A DNA stretch of 48,617 bases from the IMG/VR virus record IMGVR_UViG_3300019458_000022; one strand, 5' to 3'. Each line of letters opens with the position of its first letter. Position 1 is the first letter of the stretch. The position numbers and the translations under genes were made by a program. Shown one piece after another: positions 27,174-36,832 of this stretch. This stretch comes from a virus. Under the pieces are notes generated by a model. The model had not been told where the DNA came from. It did not search any database and worked only from the letters and a program-made list of their open reading frames with translations.

Positions 27174-28024
27174 GCCGGTACATCGGAGCCGAGGACAAGG
27201 TGCTGACCGAGGACGACGACGACGTCGAGAAGGTCGAAGGCGAGGTGCTGTTCGAGGCACAGACGCCCTACCAGAAGATCTGCCTCTTCGTCGAGCGGAA
27301 CGGCTCGGTCTCGCTCACCCTCGACAAGTACTGGCAGTTCTACGGGCCCGAGGAGCACATCTACCACGAATCGCTCATGACGGTCCCGATGCTCATCGCC
27401 AAGCGGATCAAGGACGTCGTCATCCTGGGAGGCGGCGACGGGCTCGCCGTCCGGGAGGCGCTCCGGTTCCAGGAACTCCGGAAAGTATGCCTCGTCGAAC
27501 TGGACCCCTCGATGATCCGGATGGCCCGGGAGCACCCCGTCATGCGGTCGCTCAACCGGGACGCTCTCCAGAACAAGAGGGCGGAAGTCTACGCGATGGA
27601 CGCGCAGCGTTTCCTCAAGGACAACCGGAAGTGTTTCGACGTCATCGTCTGCGACTTCCCGGACCCCACGAGCCCGGTGATCGCGCAGCTTTTCTCGAAA
27701 GCCTTCTACCGGGAGGTCGCCGGACACCTCGCTCCCGGAGGCGTGGTGTCCGTCCAGGGGTCGAGCCCGTCGAGCGAACTCGATTTCGTGACCACCTACG
27801 TCAATCTCGCGTCGGTGTTCCCCTATGTCCGGCCGTACGCGCCGGTCATGCCGACCATGGGAATGGCCGGGATGTTCGTCGCGTCGGATGCGCCGATCAA
27901 GATGCGCCGGGGTTTCCCTGAAGGGCTCAGGTTCCTGAACAAGAAGACCATGGACGACATGTTCGATCGCGGGTCGGCGATCGGGAAGGCGCTTTTGTCC
28001 AAGTACGACGCCCTTTTGGCTTAG
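27170..28024 (+). CDS. speE: Spermidine synthase / polyamine aminopropyltransferase
   Basis: QTPYQKI, EHIYHESL, VILGGGDG, VELDP, DAQRF, FDVIVCDFPDP, LFSKAFY, LAPGG. Confidence 0.9.
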   Translation: MSRYIGAEDKVLTEDDDDVEKVEGEVLFEAQTPYQKICLFVERNGSVSLTLDKYWQFYGPEEHIYHESLMTVPMLIAKRIKDVVILGGGDGLAVREALRFQELRKVCLVELDPSMIRMAREHPVMRSLNRDALQNKRAEVYAMDAQRFLKDNRKCFDVIVCDFPDPTSPVIAQLFSKAFYREVAGHLAPGGVVSVQGSSPSSELDFVTTYVNLASVFPYVRPYAPVMPTMGMAGMFVASDAPIKMRRGFPEGLRFLNKKTMDDMFDRGSAIGKALLSKYDALLA

Positions 28025-28033
28025 AGGTCTCTC

Positions 28034-28363
28034 GTGTACATCAGCGACGTCGAAAAGCGCGCCAAGGGACGGCTGCTCCAGCAGCGGGACGGAAAGCCCG
28101 CCAAGCGCATCCCGAGGTCCGCCGTGCGGAAGGCGCTGGAGAACGCGATCCTGGCGCTCGACCGCGTCATGAACGACCTCGACGTCGTCGTCGAGGACTT
28201 CTGGACCGACGAGGACGGGAAGCCGCTCACGAAGGGGCTTCCGGCCAAGAACCACTCGATCGACGCGGCCGACCAGCTTTATCTCGCGAAGAACAAGCTC
28301 TATCGGGCGATCCGGCTCCTGGAGAACGCGGGCCGGGGAAACGTCGCGGAGGAGGCGCACTAA
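28034..28363 (+). CDS. MY-start helical hypothetical protein
   Basis: GTG start after GAGG, (M)YISD. Confidence 0.65.
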   Translation: MYISDVEKRAKGRLLQQRDGKPAKRIPRSAVRKALENAILALDRVMNDLDVVVEDFWTDEDGKPLTKGLPAKNHSIDAADQLYLAKNKLYRAIRLLENAGRGNVAEEAH

Positions 28364-29019
28364 TGTACCTCTCCGGCACGAATTCGAGCCTGGCGCAGGC
28401 GGTGCTGAAGGAGATCCCGCCGGGTCTCCTCAAGAAGACCGCCGAGGACGAGGCCCGGAAATACAACGAGGCCAAGTACAAGGACGCCTACTTCCGCAAG
28501 CGCGTGGCCGAACTCATGAAGCTCCATGACGACGTGCTCGCGGACGTGAAGAAGTACGAGGAGAAGGCCCGCGAGATCGGGGACGAGAACTTGAGGCTGA
28601 AGGCTCTCAAGGAGATCTCGAAGGCCGTACACCGGCTGTCCCTCATGAAGCGGCTGCTCTCGGAAATGAAGCCGGGGGCGAACGCTTCCGTGAACGGCAT
28701 CCATGGTCTTGGAAACGCCGGATTCTGGGCGACGCTCGCCCAAAACCCGGCGACCGTGTTCGTGGCCCCCATCGGATTCGCCATCGCCATCGGTCTCGGA
28801 GCCGCGCTCATCTCCGGACTGGAGCACATCAAGGAGATCATTCCGGCCGTGAGCACCGCGCTTAAAATCGCGGTCGCGGTCGTCGGGGTTTCCGCCGGAG
28901 TTCTCGGCGTCATCTGGATGGCACGGATCATCCGCGACATCTGGGAGGCCGACAAGAAAGAGAAGAAGGTCGAAGCGGAAAGGCCCAGGACGCCGATCGT
29001 GTCGCCCAGGACGCCATAA
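28363..29019 (+). CDS. MY-start coiled-coil protein with two TM segments
   Basis: MYLSG; IHGLG precedes two TMs; ends ARIIRDIWE. Confidence 0.7.
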   Translation: MYLSGTNSSLAQAVLKEIPPGLLKKTAEDEARKYNEAKYKDAYFRKRVAELMKLHDDVLADVKKYEEKAREIGDENLRLKALKEISKAVHRLSLMKRLLSEMKPGANASVNGIHGLGNAGFWATLAQNPATVFVAPIGFAIAIGLGAALISGLEHIKEIIPAVSTALKIAVAVVGVSAGVLGVIWMARIIRDIWEADKKEKKVEAERPRTPIVSPRTP

Positions 29020-29040
29020 GAGACTTTCCGGAGGAAGACC

Positions 29041-29634
29041 ATGTACGCGAACGTCGGAAACGTGGCCATGATGGGAGCGCTCGGTCAGACGGGCGAGGAG
29101 ATCCACGCCCGCGCGGCCAGGCTCATCAAGGAGTACGAGACGCTTCTCGATACGGCCAAGCGCATCAAGAGCGACGAGGCCGTGAAGGAACTCGTCGGCC
29201 GCTTCGGGATCGGGCGACCCAAGGACGAGCGGACGCCTGACTACTACTACGTGAACGTGAAGAGCTACTACGACCGGGCGGTCGCGGCCGTGCCGACGAA
29301 CTACGCGATCTGGAAAGCCGGATCGCGGCCGATCAACCGTGTCGAGGGCCTCTCCGACGCCATCAAGGATCTGGAGCCCCGGGTCAAGGACGCGGCGTCG
29401 CGTTTCGGCCTGATGCCCGGAGTCCCTCCCAAGGAGATCATCCGGGAAGAGAAGGTGATCGAGAGGTTCATCGAGCAGGAGTTCCTGGGGCTCCCGGTCA
29501 AGACCTGGCTCTACATCTCGGGGGGCGTCGCCGCGACCGGCGTCCTTGTCGGAATCATCATCGCGGCGACGAAGTCGGCTCCCGCGGGACGGAGGAAGGC
29601 GGCGATGGGCGGGATGGGACGGATGGGGCATTGA
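29041..29634 (+). CDS. MY-start membrane protein
   Basis: MYANV...MGALGQ; C-terminal TM. Confidence 0.7.
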   Translation: MYANVGNVAMMGALGQTGEEIHARAARLIKEYETLLDTAKRIKSDEAVKELVGRFGIGRPKDERTPDYYYVNVKSYYDRAVAAVPTNYAIWKAGSRPINRVEGLSDAIKDLEPRVKDAASRFGLMPGVPPKEIIREEKVIERFIEQEFLGLPVKTWLYISGGVAATGVLVGIIIAATKSAPAGRRKAAMGGMGRMGH

Positions 29635-29708
29635 AGCGCGATCAACCCTAGCCGGAGGCAGGGAGGATTTCACCCACATATATAGAAAAGGTGAAAGGAG
29701 CTTGACAG

Positions 29709-30104
29709 ATGGGCACGAGGAACACGCTTCACTTCATCGACCCGAGCGCGCTGCCGTTCATCGTGAACATCCCCTTCACGGGGCTCACGAGCGCGGCGGA
29801 CATCACGGTCGATTCGGGGGTCATCAACCCGGATCGGGACTTCTACGGCTTCGTCATCCGGTCCTCGGGAAACGGAAAGTTCTCGTTCAAGCTCACGGAC
29901 GGCGACGGGCAGGATCTCTCCTCCGCTTTCATCGACGGGATCGACGTCATGGGCGAGGAGATCGTCAGGAATCTCGGCGAATCGGGGCGGCTCGTCCCGA
30001 TCTTCGCTCCCAAGGGGTCGAAGATCACGGTCGTGCTCCACAAGGACGACGCTGGGACCGTGGACGGGACCATCGAAGTCCGGGGGGTGACGATCGAGGG
30101 CTAA
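29709..30104 (+). CDS. Small beta-rich putative structural protein
   Basis: 131 aa, AAGGAG RBS. Confidence 0.7.
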   Translation: MGTRNTLHFIDPSALPFIVNIPFTGLTSAADITVDSGVINPDRDFYGFVIRSSGNGKFSFKLTDGDGQDLSSAFIDGIDVMGEEIVRNLGESGRLVPIFAPKGSKITVVLHKDDAGTVDGTIEVRGVTIEG

Positions 30105-30256
30105 CATGAACTTCGTGCGCGTAGAGGGCGCTCTGGCCTCGCGGCTCGATCCGCGGGCGGACGAGGCGGTCGCCCTTGTTTTTGGGGCGATAGAGCGCCC
30201 CCTAAGAGGACGATGAACGGTCGGATATAGGAGCCTGATTTTTTAGGAGGTCGTCC

Positions 30257-30655
30257 ATGGCAGGGTTCGCAACGACGTTGGTGGCCACGGTGACGGGACC
30301 GGGCCCGCTCACCTTCACGGCCATCAGTTCCGAGGGAGCGGTCATCGCGACCGGCCTCACGGAATTCGTCTTCCCCGACAACGGGAAGCGGTTCCAGGTC
30401 CAGGTCGTCGATGGGTCGAACAGCAGCGGCGCCTTCCAGTACCGTCTGATGTACAAGGGGAACGGCGGCACCGTGAAGCTGATCGACGTGGTCTCCGCGG
30501 CGGCGGGCGAGGTTCTGAAGAGCTTCGCCGTCGAGAGTCCGCTCCTCGAAGTGCTGGGCGACGGCACCCGGTCGATCTCCGCGGAAGCGATCATCGCGAT
30601 CGGCGCCCCCGCGGACGGCTGTCTCGTGGTGATCGTCGTCCAGCGCGAGACGTAG
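30257..30655 (+). CDS. Beta-rich structural protein, tandem paralogue 1
   Basis: MAGF...GLTEFVFP...GCLVVIVVQRET. Confidence 0.8.
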   Translation: MAGFATTLVATVTGPGPLTFTAISSEGAVIATGLTEFVFPDNGKRFQVQVVDGSNSSGAFQYRLMYKGNGGTVKLIDVVSAAAGEVLKSFAVESPLLEVLGDGTRSISAEAIIAIGAPADGCLVVIVVQRET

Positions 30656-30730
30656 CCGGGGGTTCCGAACCTGGAGAGTTAGACACGGGGCCTGGAGAAC
30701 GGCTCAAGGACTGCCGAAGGAAGGTGCGAC

Positions 30731-31123
30731 ATGGCCGGATTTGTACATACCCTCGTGGCGTCGGTCACCGACGTGGGTCCGATCACGTTCACGGCGATCG
30801 AGGACGAGGGGGCCACGATCACCCCGGGCCTGACGGAGTTCGTGTTCCCGGACACGGGGCGCGTCTCCCAGGTCCAGGTGGTCGATGCATCGGACTTCGG
30901 GCCGTTCAGCTTCCGCCTGAGCTACAAGGGCGACAGCGGCGTCGTGAAGCTCATGGACATCGTGTCCAAGACGGCGGGCGAGGTGTTCAAGAAGTTCAAC
31001 GTGAACAAACCGCTCTTGGAGGTCGAGGGCAACGGGGTCCGGGCGCTTCGTGCGGAAGCCCTGGCCGTAGGCGCTTTCGATCTCGGGTGTCTCGTCATCG
31101 TCGTCGTGGAACGGGAGACGTAG
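30731..31123 (+). CDS. Beta-rich structural protein, tandem paralogue 2
   Basis: Aligns end to end with the 30257 and 31201 proteins. Confidence 0.8.
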   Translation: MAGFVHTLVASVTDVGPITFTAIEDEGATITPGLTEFVFPDTGRVSQVQVVDASDFGPFSFRLSYKGDSGVVKLMDIVSKTAGEVFKKFNVNKPLLEVEGNGVRALRAEALAVGAFDLGCLVIVVVERET

Positions 31124-31200
31124 GCGGAGGTTCGCAACAGATGGGCTAGGCATGGAGCCTGGCCGGAAGTTTTACGCGGATTGTTGAAGGAGGATGCAGC

Positions 31201-31599
31201 ATGGCAGGGTTCGCGCACACTCTTGTGGCCTCGGTCACCGGCGTGGGTCCGCTCACGTTCACGGCGATCGAAGACGAGGGGGCCACGATCACCCCGGGTC
31301 TGACGGAGTTCGTGTTCCCGAACTCGGGTCGCGTCTCCCAGGTCCAGGTGGTCGATGCCTCGAACAGCGCCGGTGCCTTCTCCTACCGCCTGAAGTACAA
31401 GGGGGACAGCGGCACCGTGAAGCTCATCGACGTCGTGTCCGCGGCGGCGGGCGAGGTCTTGAAGAGCTTCGCCATCGAGAGCCCGCTCCTCGAAGTCAGG
31501 GGAAACGGCACCCGGGCGCTGCTGGCCGAAGCCATCGTCGCGGGCGGCGCGACGCCGGACGGCTGCCTCGTCGTCATCGTCGTCGAGCGGGAGACCTAG
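31201..31599 (+). CDS. Beta-rich structural protein, tandem paralogue 3
   Basis: Aligns end to end with the 30257 and 30731 proteins. Confidence 0.8.
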   Translation: MAGFAHTLVASVTGVGPLTFTAIEDEGATITPGLTEFVFPNSGRVSQVQVVDASNSAGAFSYRLKYKGDSGTVKLIDVVSAAAGEVLKSFAIESPLLEVRGNGTRALLAEAIVAGGATPDGCLVVIVVERET

Positions 31600-31693
31600 A
31601 CCGACGATCCTTCCGCATGTCTGCCTCCGGCCCGTCGTGGGCCGGAGGCGGGCTGCGGTGAGGCTCGCGGCGTAGTGAAAGGACAGTCTGCCT

Positions 31694-32254
31694 ATGTACC
31701 TGGCGGCTGGAGAAGACGACCTGGATGCGCCTCCGGTCCCCAAGCTCGCGAAGGAAATGGGGATTCCGGCGAAGGTCTTGCAGTCCGCCTTGGACAAGGA
31801 GAGAGAGGCGCTCAAGCAAGCGCCGAACAAGCTCAAGTTCCTGCGGGAACGGCTGGTCAGCGCAAGGGAGGGGCTCGACCGCGCGGAGAAGGAGCTTCTC
31901 GACCTGAAGGCGAGAGCGAAGGCTGCGCACGACCCTGGCCGCAGAGCCGCAGCGCTCCGTGCGATCGAGGAATTCGAGAGGAAAATTTCGAAAGCGAGGG
32001 CCATGCTCAAGGAGGCCGCCGGAAACGTGGGGCTCGGCGTATGGTTCATCCCGATCATGGGGATCATCACGGCCGGGGCCACGATCTGGCTCTTCTTCGA
32101 GAACAAGGACAAGCTCGGCGACCTTATCGGGAAATCCTCGGACGCTCTCGTCATAGGCGCGTATACGGCCGCGATCGGCGTGGGCCTGATCGGAATGATC
32201 TATTTCGCGAGGCTCGCGAGGGACATCTGGGAGCCCAAGAAGGCGGAGAGATAA
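31694..32254 (+). CDS. MY-start coiled-coil protein with two TM segments (paralogue of 28363)
   Basis: MYLAAG; VGLG precedes two TMs; ends ARLARDIWE. Confidence 0.7.
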   Translation: MYLAAGEDDLDAPPVPKLAKEMGIPAKVLQSALDKEREALKQAPNKLKFLRERLVSAREGLDRAEKELLDLKARAKAAHDPGRRAAALRAIEEFERKISKARAMLKEAAGNVGLGVWFIPIMGIITAGATIWLFFENKDKLGDLIGKSSDALVIGAYTAAIGVGLIGMIYFARLARDIWEPKKAER

Positions 32255-32256
32255 CC

Positions 32257-32856
32257 ATGTACATCGGAAACGCGCGCCCGTCACGGCTCGGCGTGCTCGT
32301 CGAGCTTTCGCCGAATCCGAAGGCAGGTTTTTCCGCGTCCATTCCCTACATCGCCGGTGCGGCCGTAGGTCTCGTCGGACAGTCCGTGATCCCCGGGGAA
32401 TCGACGGGCGCCAAGGTGGCCAAGACCGTGCTCCTTCTCGGAGGTCTCACGTCCGCGGGGCTTGCGCTCTATCAGATCGCCAAACCCGTGGGCGCCCCGG
32501 AATCGAAGGCAGGATACGACCTCAAAGACCTGTTCGTGACGAGCGAACCCGGCTGGAGGCTTTTCGGAACGCCTCGGATCGACCTCAAGATCACGAACAA
32601 GAGCGACAAGGCCAAGGATCTAGTCATCCGGGCGGGACAGTACGAGGACAAGATCTCGGACCAGACCAGGGAGGTCGAACTCGCACCCGTTTCCATGGCG
32701 CTCGGTCCGGGGGAGACCAAGGCCCACGAGTTTTTCCTGTCGGTTCCGGCCTTCTGGACGTCTGCCAGGATCGTGAGCTTCAACATTCTTGATGCCAAGA
32801 CAAATGAATTGGTTGCGACCTACGACGCTAGGTTCCCGGCGAGGTTCGAGATCTAG
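32257..32856 (+). CDS. MY-start membrane protein with Ig-like C-terminal domain
   Basis: MYIG; two hydrophobic segments; GWRLFGTPRIDL beta domain. Confidence 0.7.
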   Translation: MYIGNARPSRLGVLVELSPNPKAGFSASIPYIAGAAVGLVGQSVIPGESTGAKVAKTVLLLGGLTSAGLALYQIAKPVGAPESKAGYDLKDLFVTSEPGWRLFGTPRIDLKITNKSDKAKDLVIRAGQYEDKISDQTREVELAPVSMALGPGETKAHEFFLSVPAFWTSARIVSFNILDAKTNELVATYDARFPARFEI

Positions 32857-33795
32857 ATGCCGAGATTCAGACAATACGCGGTCTACCCGTACGAGGCCGA
32901 GTTCGGCTTCTCGCCGGGATTCTACGGACCGGAGGCGCGCGTCATGCAGGTCCAGATGCCCGCTCTGGCGGGGAAGCGCCGGGACGGTCTCCGTCCGACC
33001 CGTCGTCTGAGCGCCACCCAGGGGATGATCGCCCGAGAGATCGCCGAGAACTACCGGAAAAAGAATTCCCATCTCGGCCTCATCCTTGGAATCCCGGTCG
33101 GGGCCGTCTTCGTGACCGGCCTCGTCTACGAACTCTTCCTCAAGAAGAAGCTCGCGGCGTCCGGAAAGGGCGTCGAGGGGTTGACCGACTTCCTCATCCC
33201 CAAGGGGATCAAGGGCCAGTTGGACCGTATTGCGGAGACGAGCGGAAAGGCCGTCGCCGCCGGAATCCCGATCGGCGTGGGCGCGCTCGTCATCTTCGGC
33301 GCGGCGATGGTCCCGGGTGACTACAAGTGGAGCCCCTACGTCAAGATGCTCGGGATCGCGGCCGGGATCTACGTCGGAGCAAGCGGCGCCGCATACGGGC
33401 TCGCGCCCGCGCCGAAACCTCCCGGGGAGATCCCCGGGGCGCCCACGGTGGTCGCCGGTGGGCCCGTCGTCGTCACCGGGGAGCACGGCTGGAAGTTCCT
33501 GGGGACCCCGAGGTTCGATCTCAACGTCCGGAATACGACGGGCTTGCCCATCGAACTCGCGGTCCGCGGGCAGGAGTGGCTCGGTTCGTCACCAGGGGCC
33601 GGGTCTCTCGAAGTGACCTGGCCGGTCCGGAATATCCGGGTCGCTCCGGCGGCGATCGTAACGGAGCCGTTCTATCTCGTGAAAGAGCAGGTCCAGAAGT
33701 TCCCCGGAGTCCGGACGGTTCAGTTCGACGTGACCGACATGAAGGACGGACGCAAGGTCGCTACCCTGGTCAAGAGTTTCGATTATTCTGCGTAA
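32857..33795 (+). CDS. Membrane protein with Ig-like C-terminal domain (paralogue of 32257)
   Basis: Three hydrophobic segments; GWKFLGTPRFDL. Confidence 0.7.
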   Translation: MPRFRQYAVYPYEAEFGFSPGFYGPEARVMQVQMPALAGKRRDGLRPTRRLSATQGMIAREIAENYRKKNSHLGLILGIPVGAVFVTGLVYELFLKKKLAASGKGVEGLTDFLIPKGIKGQLDRIAETSGKAVAAGIPIGVGALVIFGAAMVPGDYKWSPYVKMLGIAAGIYVGASGAAYGLAPAPKPPGEIPGAPTVVAGGPVVVTGEHGWKFLGTPRFDLNVRNTTGLPIELAVRGQEWLGSSPGAGSLEVTWPVRNIRVAPAAIVTEPFYLVKEQVQKFPGVRTVQFDVTDMKDGRKVATLVKSFDYSA

Positions 33796-33804
33796 GGACG
33801 AGCT

Positions 33805-34566
33805 ATGGTGACGCTGCCTCATCCGGTTCCTGCGGACTACGTCCTCATCAAGCCGTCCACGTACGAGGACGTCCAGATCACCGACTACGTCAAGGACACG
33901 CAGGCCGGGTACCCGCGCACGTTCCTGGCCGTGGACAAGGGCAAGTACTCGGTCAAGCCGGACGGCAGCCGCGTCCCCGAACCGGACGAGCGCATCCAGA
34001 TGATGGTCGTCGAGAGCGAGAGACCCGAGGCGGACAAGCTCGGCTCCATCTGGTCGTGGAAGGTCGTCAACGAACTCACCAACAACCAGTTGGTCTACCG
34101 GGCTCCGGACCGGGCGCGCGCGCTCAAGGAAGCCCAGGAACACGCGGCGGCGGCCGAGAAGATCCCGATGGACTACAAGAGCCCGGCGAAGCCCGTCTGG
34201 CCGATCTTGCTCGGGGTCGGCGCCGCCGTGCTCGGGGTCGGAGGATTCCTCTATTGGCTGGCGACCCGCAAGAAGGAGCGGCCATCGCTCGGGGACTACC
34301 CCGAAACCGAGTTCATGATGGGTGATCTCCCGGAGGAGCAGTTCCTGGGCGCCCGGCGTCGGATGGGCAAGATGAGCCGTGCGGCCCAGAGGTTCGTCTC
34401 GACGAAGATCCGCGCCCTTCGGCACGAGGGCTATCCGGCCAAGCAGGCGGCCCGGATCGCCTACGAGTACGCGCGCCGCGCGGGCTACAAGGTTCCGGAA
34501 CCTCGCAAGGTCGCCGGGGTCGGGCGCATAGGGCCAAAGAAGAAGAAGAAGCGGATCTACTGCTAG
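33805..34566 (+). CDS. Membrane protein with basic C-terminal module
   Basis: Central TM; PEEQFLG; KQAARIAYEYARRAG basic helix. Confidence 0.7.
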   Translation: MVTLPHPVPADYVLIKPSTYEDVQITDYVKDTQAGYPRTFLAVDKGKYSVKPDGSRVPEPDERIQMMVVESERPEADKLGSIWSWKVVNELTNNQLVYRAPDRARALKEAQEHAAAAEKIPMDYKSPAKPVWPILLGVGAAVLGVGGFLYWLATRKKERPSLGDYPETEFMMGDLPEEQFLGARRRMGKMSRAAQRFVSTKIRALRHEGYPAKQAARIAYEYARRAGYKVPEPRKVAGVGRIGPKKKKKRIYC

Positions 34567-34575
34567 GAGACGGGA

Positions 34576-35022
34576 ATGTACATCGGACAGGCACCGGCGC
34601 AAACGATCGTCCGGATTCCCGTCTGGCTCAAGGTCATGGACATTCCGCTCGCGGGCCAGAAGGAGGGAGCGCCCATCTACGAGGCGCAGGCGTCCTACGC
34701 GATCAGCGTTCAGCCCGGCGTCTGGACCGACTACGGGGGGGAAGTCCCGTCCGACCGGGAAGGGAAGATCCATTTCGACGACGTCCCGGTTTCGGCGACC
34801 GTGGGCGACACGAAGGTGCCGGTCCAGAAGGTCCGTTTCAAGATCAGGAAAGAAGGGTATGACCCGCAGGTCGTCGAGGTGCTGCCGACCGCGGTCCCCA
34901 AGTCGATCGACCTCGTGCTCAAGAAGACCGGATACGTATTCAAGTGGTGGCATGTGGCGGTGCCCGTGTTTGGAACGGGCCTCACCGTTCTCATCTGGCG
35001 TCTGGCAACACGGGGACGGTAG
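34576..35022 (+). CDS. MY-start membrane protein with prealbumin/PEGA-like beta domain
   Basis: MYIGQ; SDREGKIHF, IRKEGY; FKWW-TM. Confidence 0.65.
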   Translation: MYIGQAPAQTIVRIPVWLKVMDIPLAGQKEGAPIYEAQASYAISVQPGVWTDYGGEVPSDREGKIHFDDVPVSATVGDTKVPVQKVRFKIRKEGYDPQVVEVLPTAVPKSIDLVLKKTGYVFKWWHVAVPVFGTGLTVLIWRLATRGR

Positions 35023-35034
35023 ATCGGAGGCGGC

Positions 35035-35916
35035 GTGAGACTGGGAAGCATCGCGGAGATCAACAAGGCGCTCGCCGGATACGTCAAGTTCCGGCCCGAG
35101 TATCTTTCGGACTTCGACCTGGGCGTGCTCGGCAAGCGCGGAGTTCCCGGACGACAGATCCTTTACCGGTTCCTCGGTCGGGAAGACGAGACCGAGGTCG
35201 TTCTCGGGGTCGATGCCGTCGAGAGCGCCGAGGACGAGCGCGAGGTCGGCAAGAAAATCAAGGTCTCCGAGAACGAACTTCTTAGAGAAGGATGGGAGTG
35301 GTTCAAGCCCTCGGGCGTGAAGCGTACCTCGGTCGCCATCCAGGTGATTGCGGACGGTAAACCGCTTCCGGGCGCGGTCGTCGCCCTCTGGGGAGGGCTT
35401 CCTCCGTTTGCGGGCAAGGTAGCGGAGATCCTGACCGACTCCGGGGGCATGGCCCGGTTCGAGAACGTGGCGCTCCTCCCGGCGATGGCCTTCCGCGTGA
35501 GCAAGGATGGATACGCGGCGCAGAACGTGACCGCGCGGCCGGATGGCGCGATTTCGGTCGCGCTCGCAGCCGAAGGCTTCAAGTTCAAGTGGTGGATGGC
35601 GCTCATCCCGGTCGGCGTCATCGGGGGGATCTGGGGCCTCTCCGCGATCCTCTCAAAGAGAAGCTCCTCGAAGCTCCATGGGCTCCCGACGAAAGGCGCC
35701 CCTGGGCTCGGGAATATGGGCGCGGACGATCTCGATCGGCTCCGGGCCTACGAGACCCGGCTCCGGCGCGCCTATGACGCGCTCACTGAAGCCGACCGGG
35801 AAGCCGGGAGGCTCCGAAAGGGAGCCGAAGTCGGAGACCTCCGGCGCATGCAGCGGAACGTCAGGGCCATGATCGACGAGGCCGAGGAACGGATGGCCCG
35901 GGAAGGCGAGGAATAG
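35035..35916 (+). CDS. Membrane protein with carboxypeptidase-regulatory-like beta domain
   Basis: GKPLPGAVV...TDSGGMARF...VSKDGY; FKWW-TM; PGLG then a coiled coil. Confidence 0.65.
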   Translation: MRLGSIAEINKALAGYVKFRPEYLSDFDLGVLGKRGVPGRQILYRFLGREDETEVVLGVDAVESAEDEREVGKKIKVSENELLREGWEWFKPSGVKRTSVAIQVIADGKPLPGAVVALWGGLPPFAGKVAEILTDSGGMARFENVALLPAMAFRVSKDGYAAQNVTARPDGAISVALAAEGFKFKWWMALIPVGVIGGIWGLSAILSKRSSSKLHGLPTKGAPGLGNMGADDLDRLRAYETRLRRAYDALTEADREAGRLRKGAEVGDLRRMQRNVRAMIDEAEERMAREGEE

Positions 35917-35917
35917 C

Positions 35918-36418
35918 ATGTATCTCCAGCAGACGCAGGACGACGGCCGGTTCTTCCACGTCCCGAAGGACTACCGGCAGTGGAGCCAGTACGAGCAGTT
36001 CCTCGCCTGGAGCCTGAGGGCCGCTCGGAGCGCGGACAAGTTCCGGGCCGTCGCCCAGCGCGTCTTCGCGCTTGCCACGGGACCGAAGAAGGACGTTCTC
36101 ATGGCCAAGATCGGCCAGAAGGCGGACCCGAAGAGCGGGATTTCGCTCTACGACTGGGTCTGGCGGCGCGCGGCGCTCAGGAACCCGCATCTCTGGAAGA
36201 GCCAGGAAGCGCGGCAGTGCGTCCTTCGCCTGGAGGCGTTGACGGGCGATCTCCGGAAGGGGCTCGCCCAGGAAGGTCTCGGACAGGCCGAAGACCGGAA
36301 GATCTCCGGCTGGGTCTGGGTCGGCGCCGCCGCGCTCGGCCTGGGAAGCCTGGCGGTTCTACTCTTCGCTCCGCGGAAGCAGGGACGGCTTCGCCTGGCG
36401 GGAACGCGCCGGAGGTAG
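35918..36418 (+). CDS. MY-start membrane protein
   Basis: MYLQ; EGLGQ; C-terminal TM. Confidence 0.7.
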   Translation: MYLQQTQDDGRFFHVPKDYRQWSQYEQFLAWSLRAARSADKFRAVAQRVFALATGPKKDVLMAKIGQKADPKSGISLYDWVWRRAALRNPHLWKSQEARQCVLRLEALTGDLRKGLAQEGLGQAEDRKISGWVWVGAAALGLGSLAVLLFAPRKQGRLRLAGTRRR

Positions 36419-36434
36419 GAATAGGGGAGACGCC

Positions 36435-36818
36435 ATGTACCTCTCGATGATGACGGGTCAAGGGCGCAGGATGAACGGCGCGCGGACGAACATGTCCGCG
36501 CTCGCCGGGATCATGAATCCCGCGCTCGGACAGGTCGCGCTCCCGTTCACTTCTGTCAAGGACCCGACGACGTTCCTCATGGGCGCCGGGCTTGCCGGAG
36601 TCGGGCTCGCGCTCGGAGTCGGTGCCATGGGTGCCCTTTTCTTCCTCGGTACGGCGCTCGAAGCGAAATCGAAGCTCGTCAAGGTCACGGGCTATGCGCT
36701 TTCGGTGACGAGCGGCGTCGGGCTCCTTCTGGCGATCGCGGGTCTCATCGGAGGTCTCATGCAGAAGAAGGCTGCGGCACCGCAGGCCCAGGCCGAAAAG
36801 ACTACGGAGACGGTATAG
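36435..36818 (+). CDS. MY-start protein with two TM segments
   Basis: MYLSM...ALAG...ALGQ. Confidence 0.7.
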   Translation: MYLSMMTGQGRRMNGARTNMSALAGIMNPALGQVALPFTSVKDPTTFLMGAGLAGVGLALGVGAMGALFFLGTALEAKSKLVKVTGYALSVTSGVGLLLAIAGLIGGLMQKKAAAPQAQAEKTTETV

Positions 36819-36832
36819 CCGGGAAAAAGACA

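Noticed and set aside
30257-31599. Paralogue triplet as a diversity-generating retroelement target
   Set aside because: No reverse transcriptase in the window; all copies are full ORFs and the differences do not look adenine-specific
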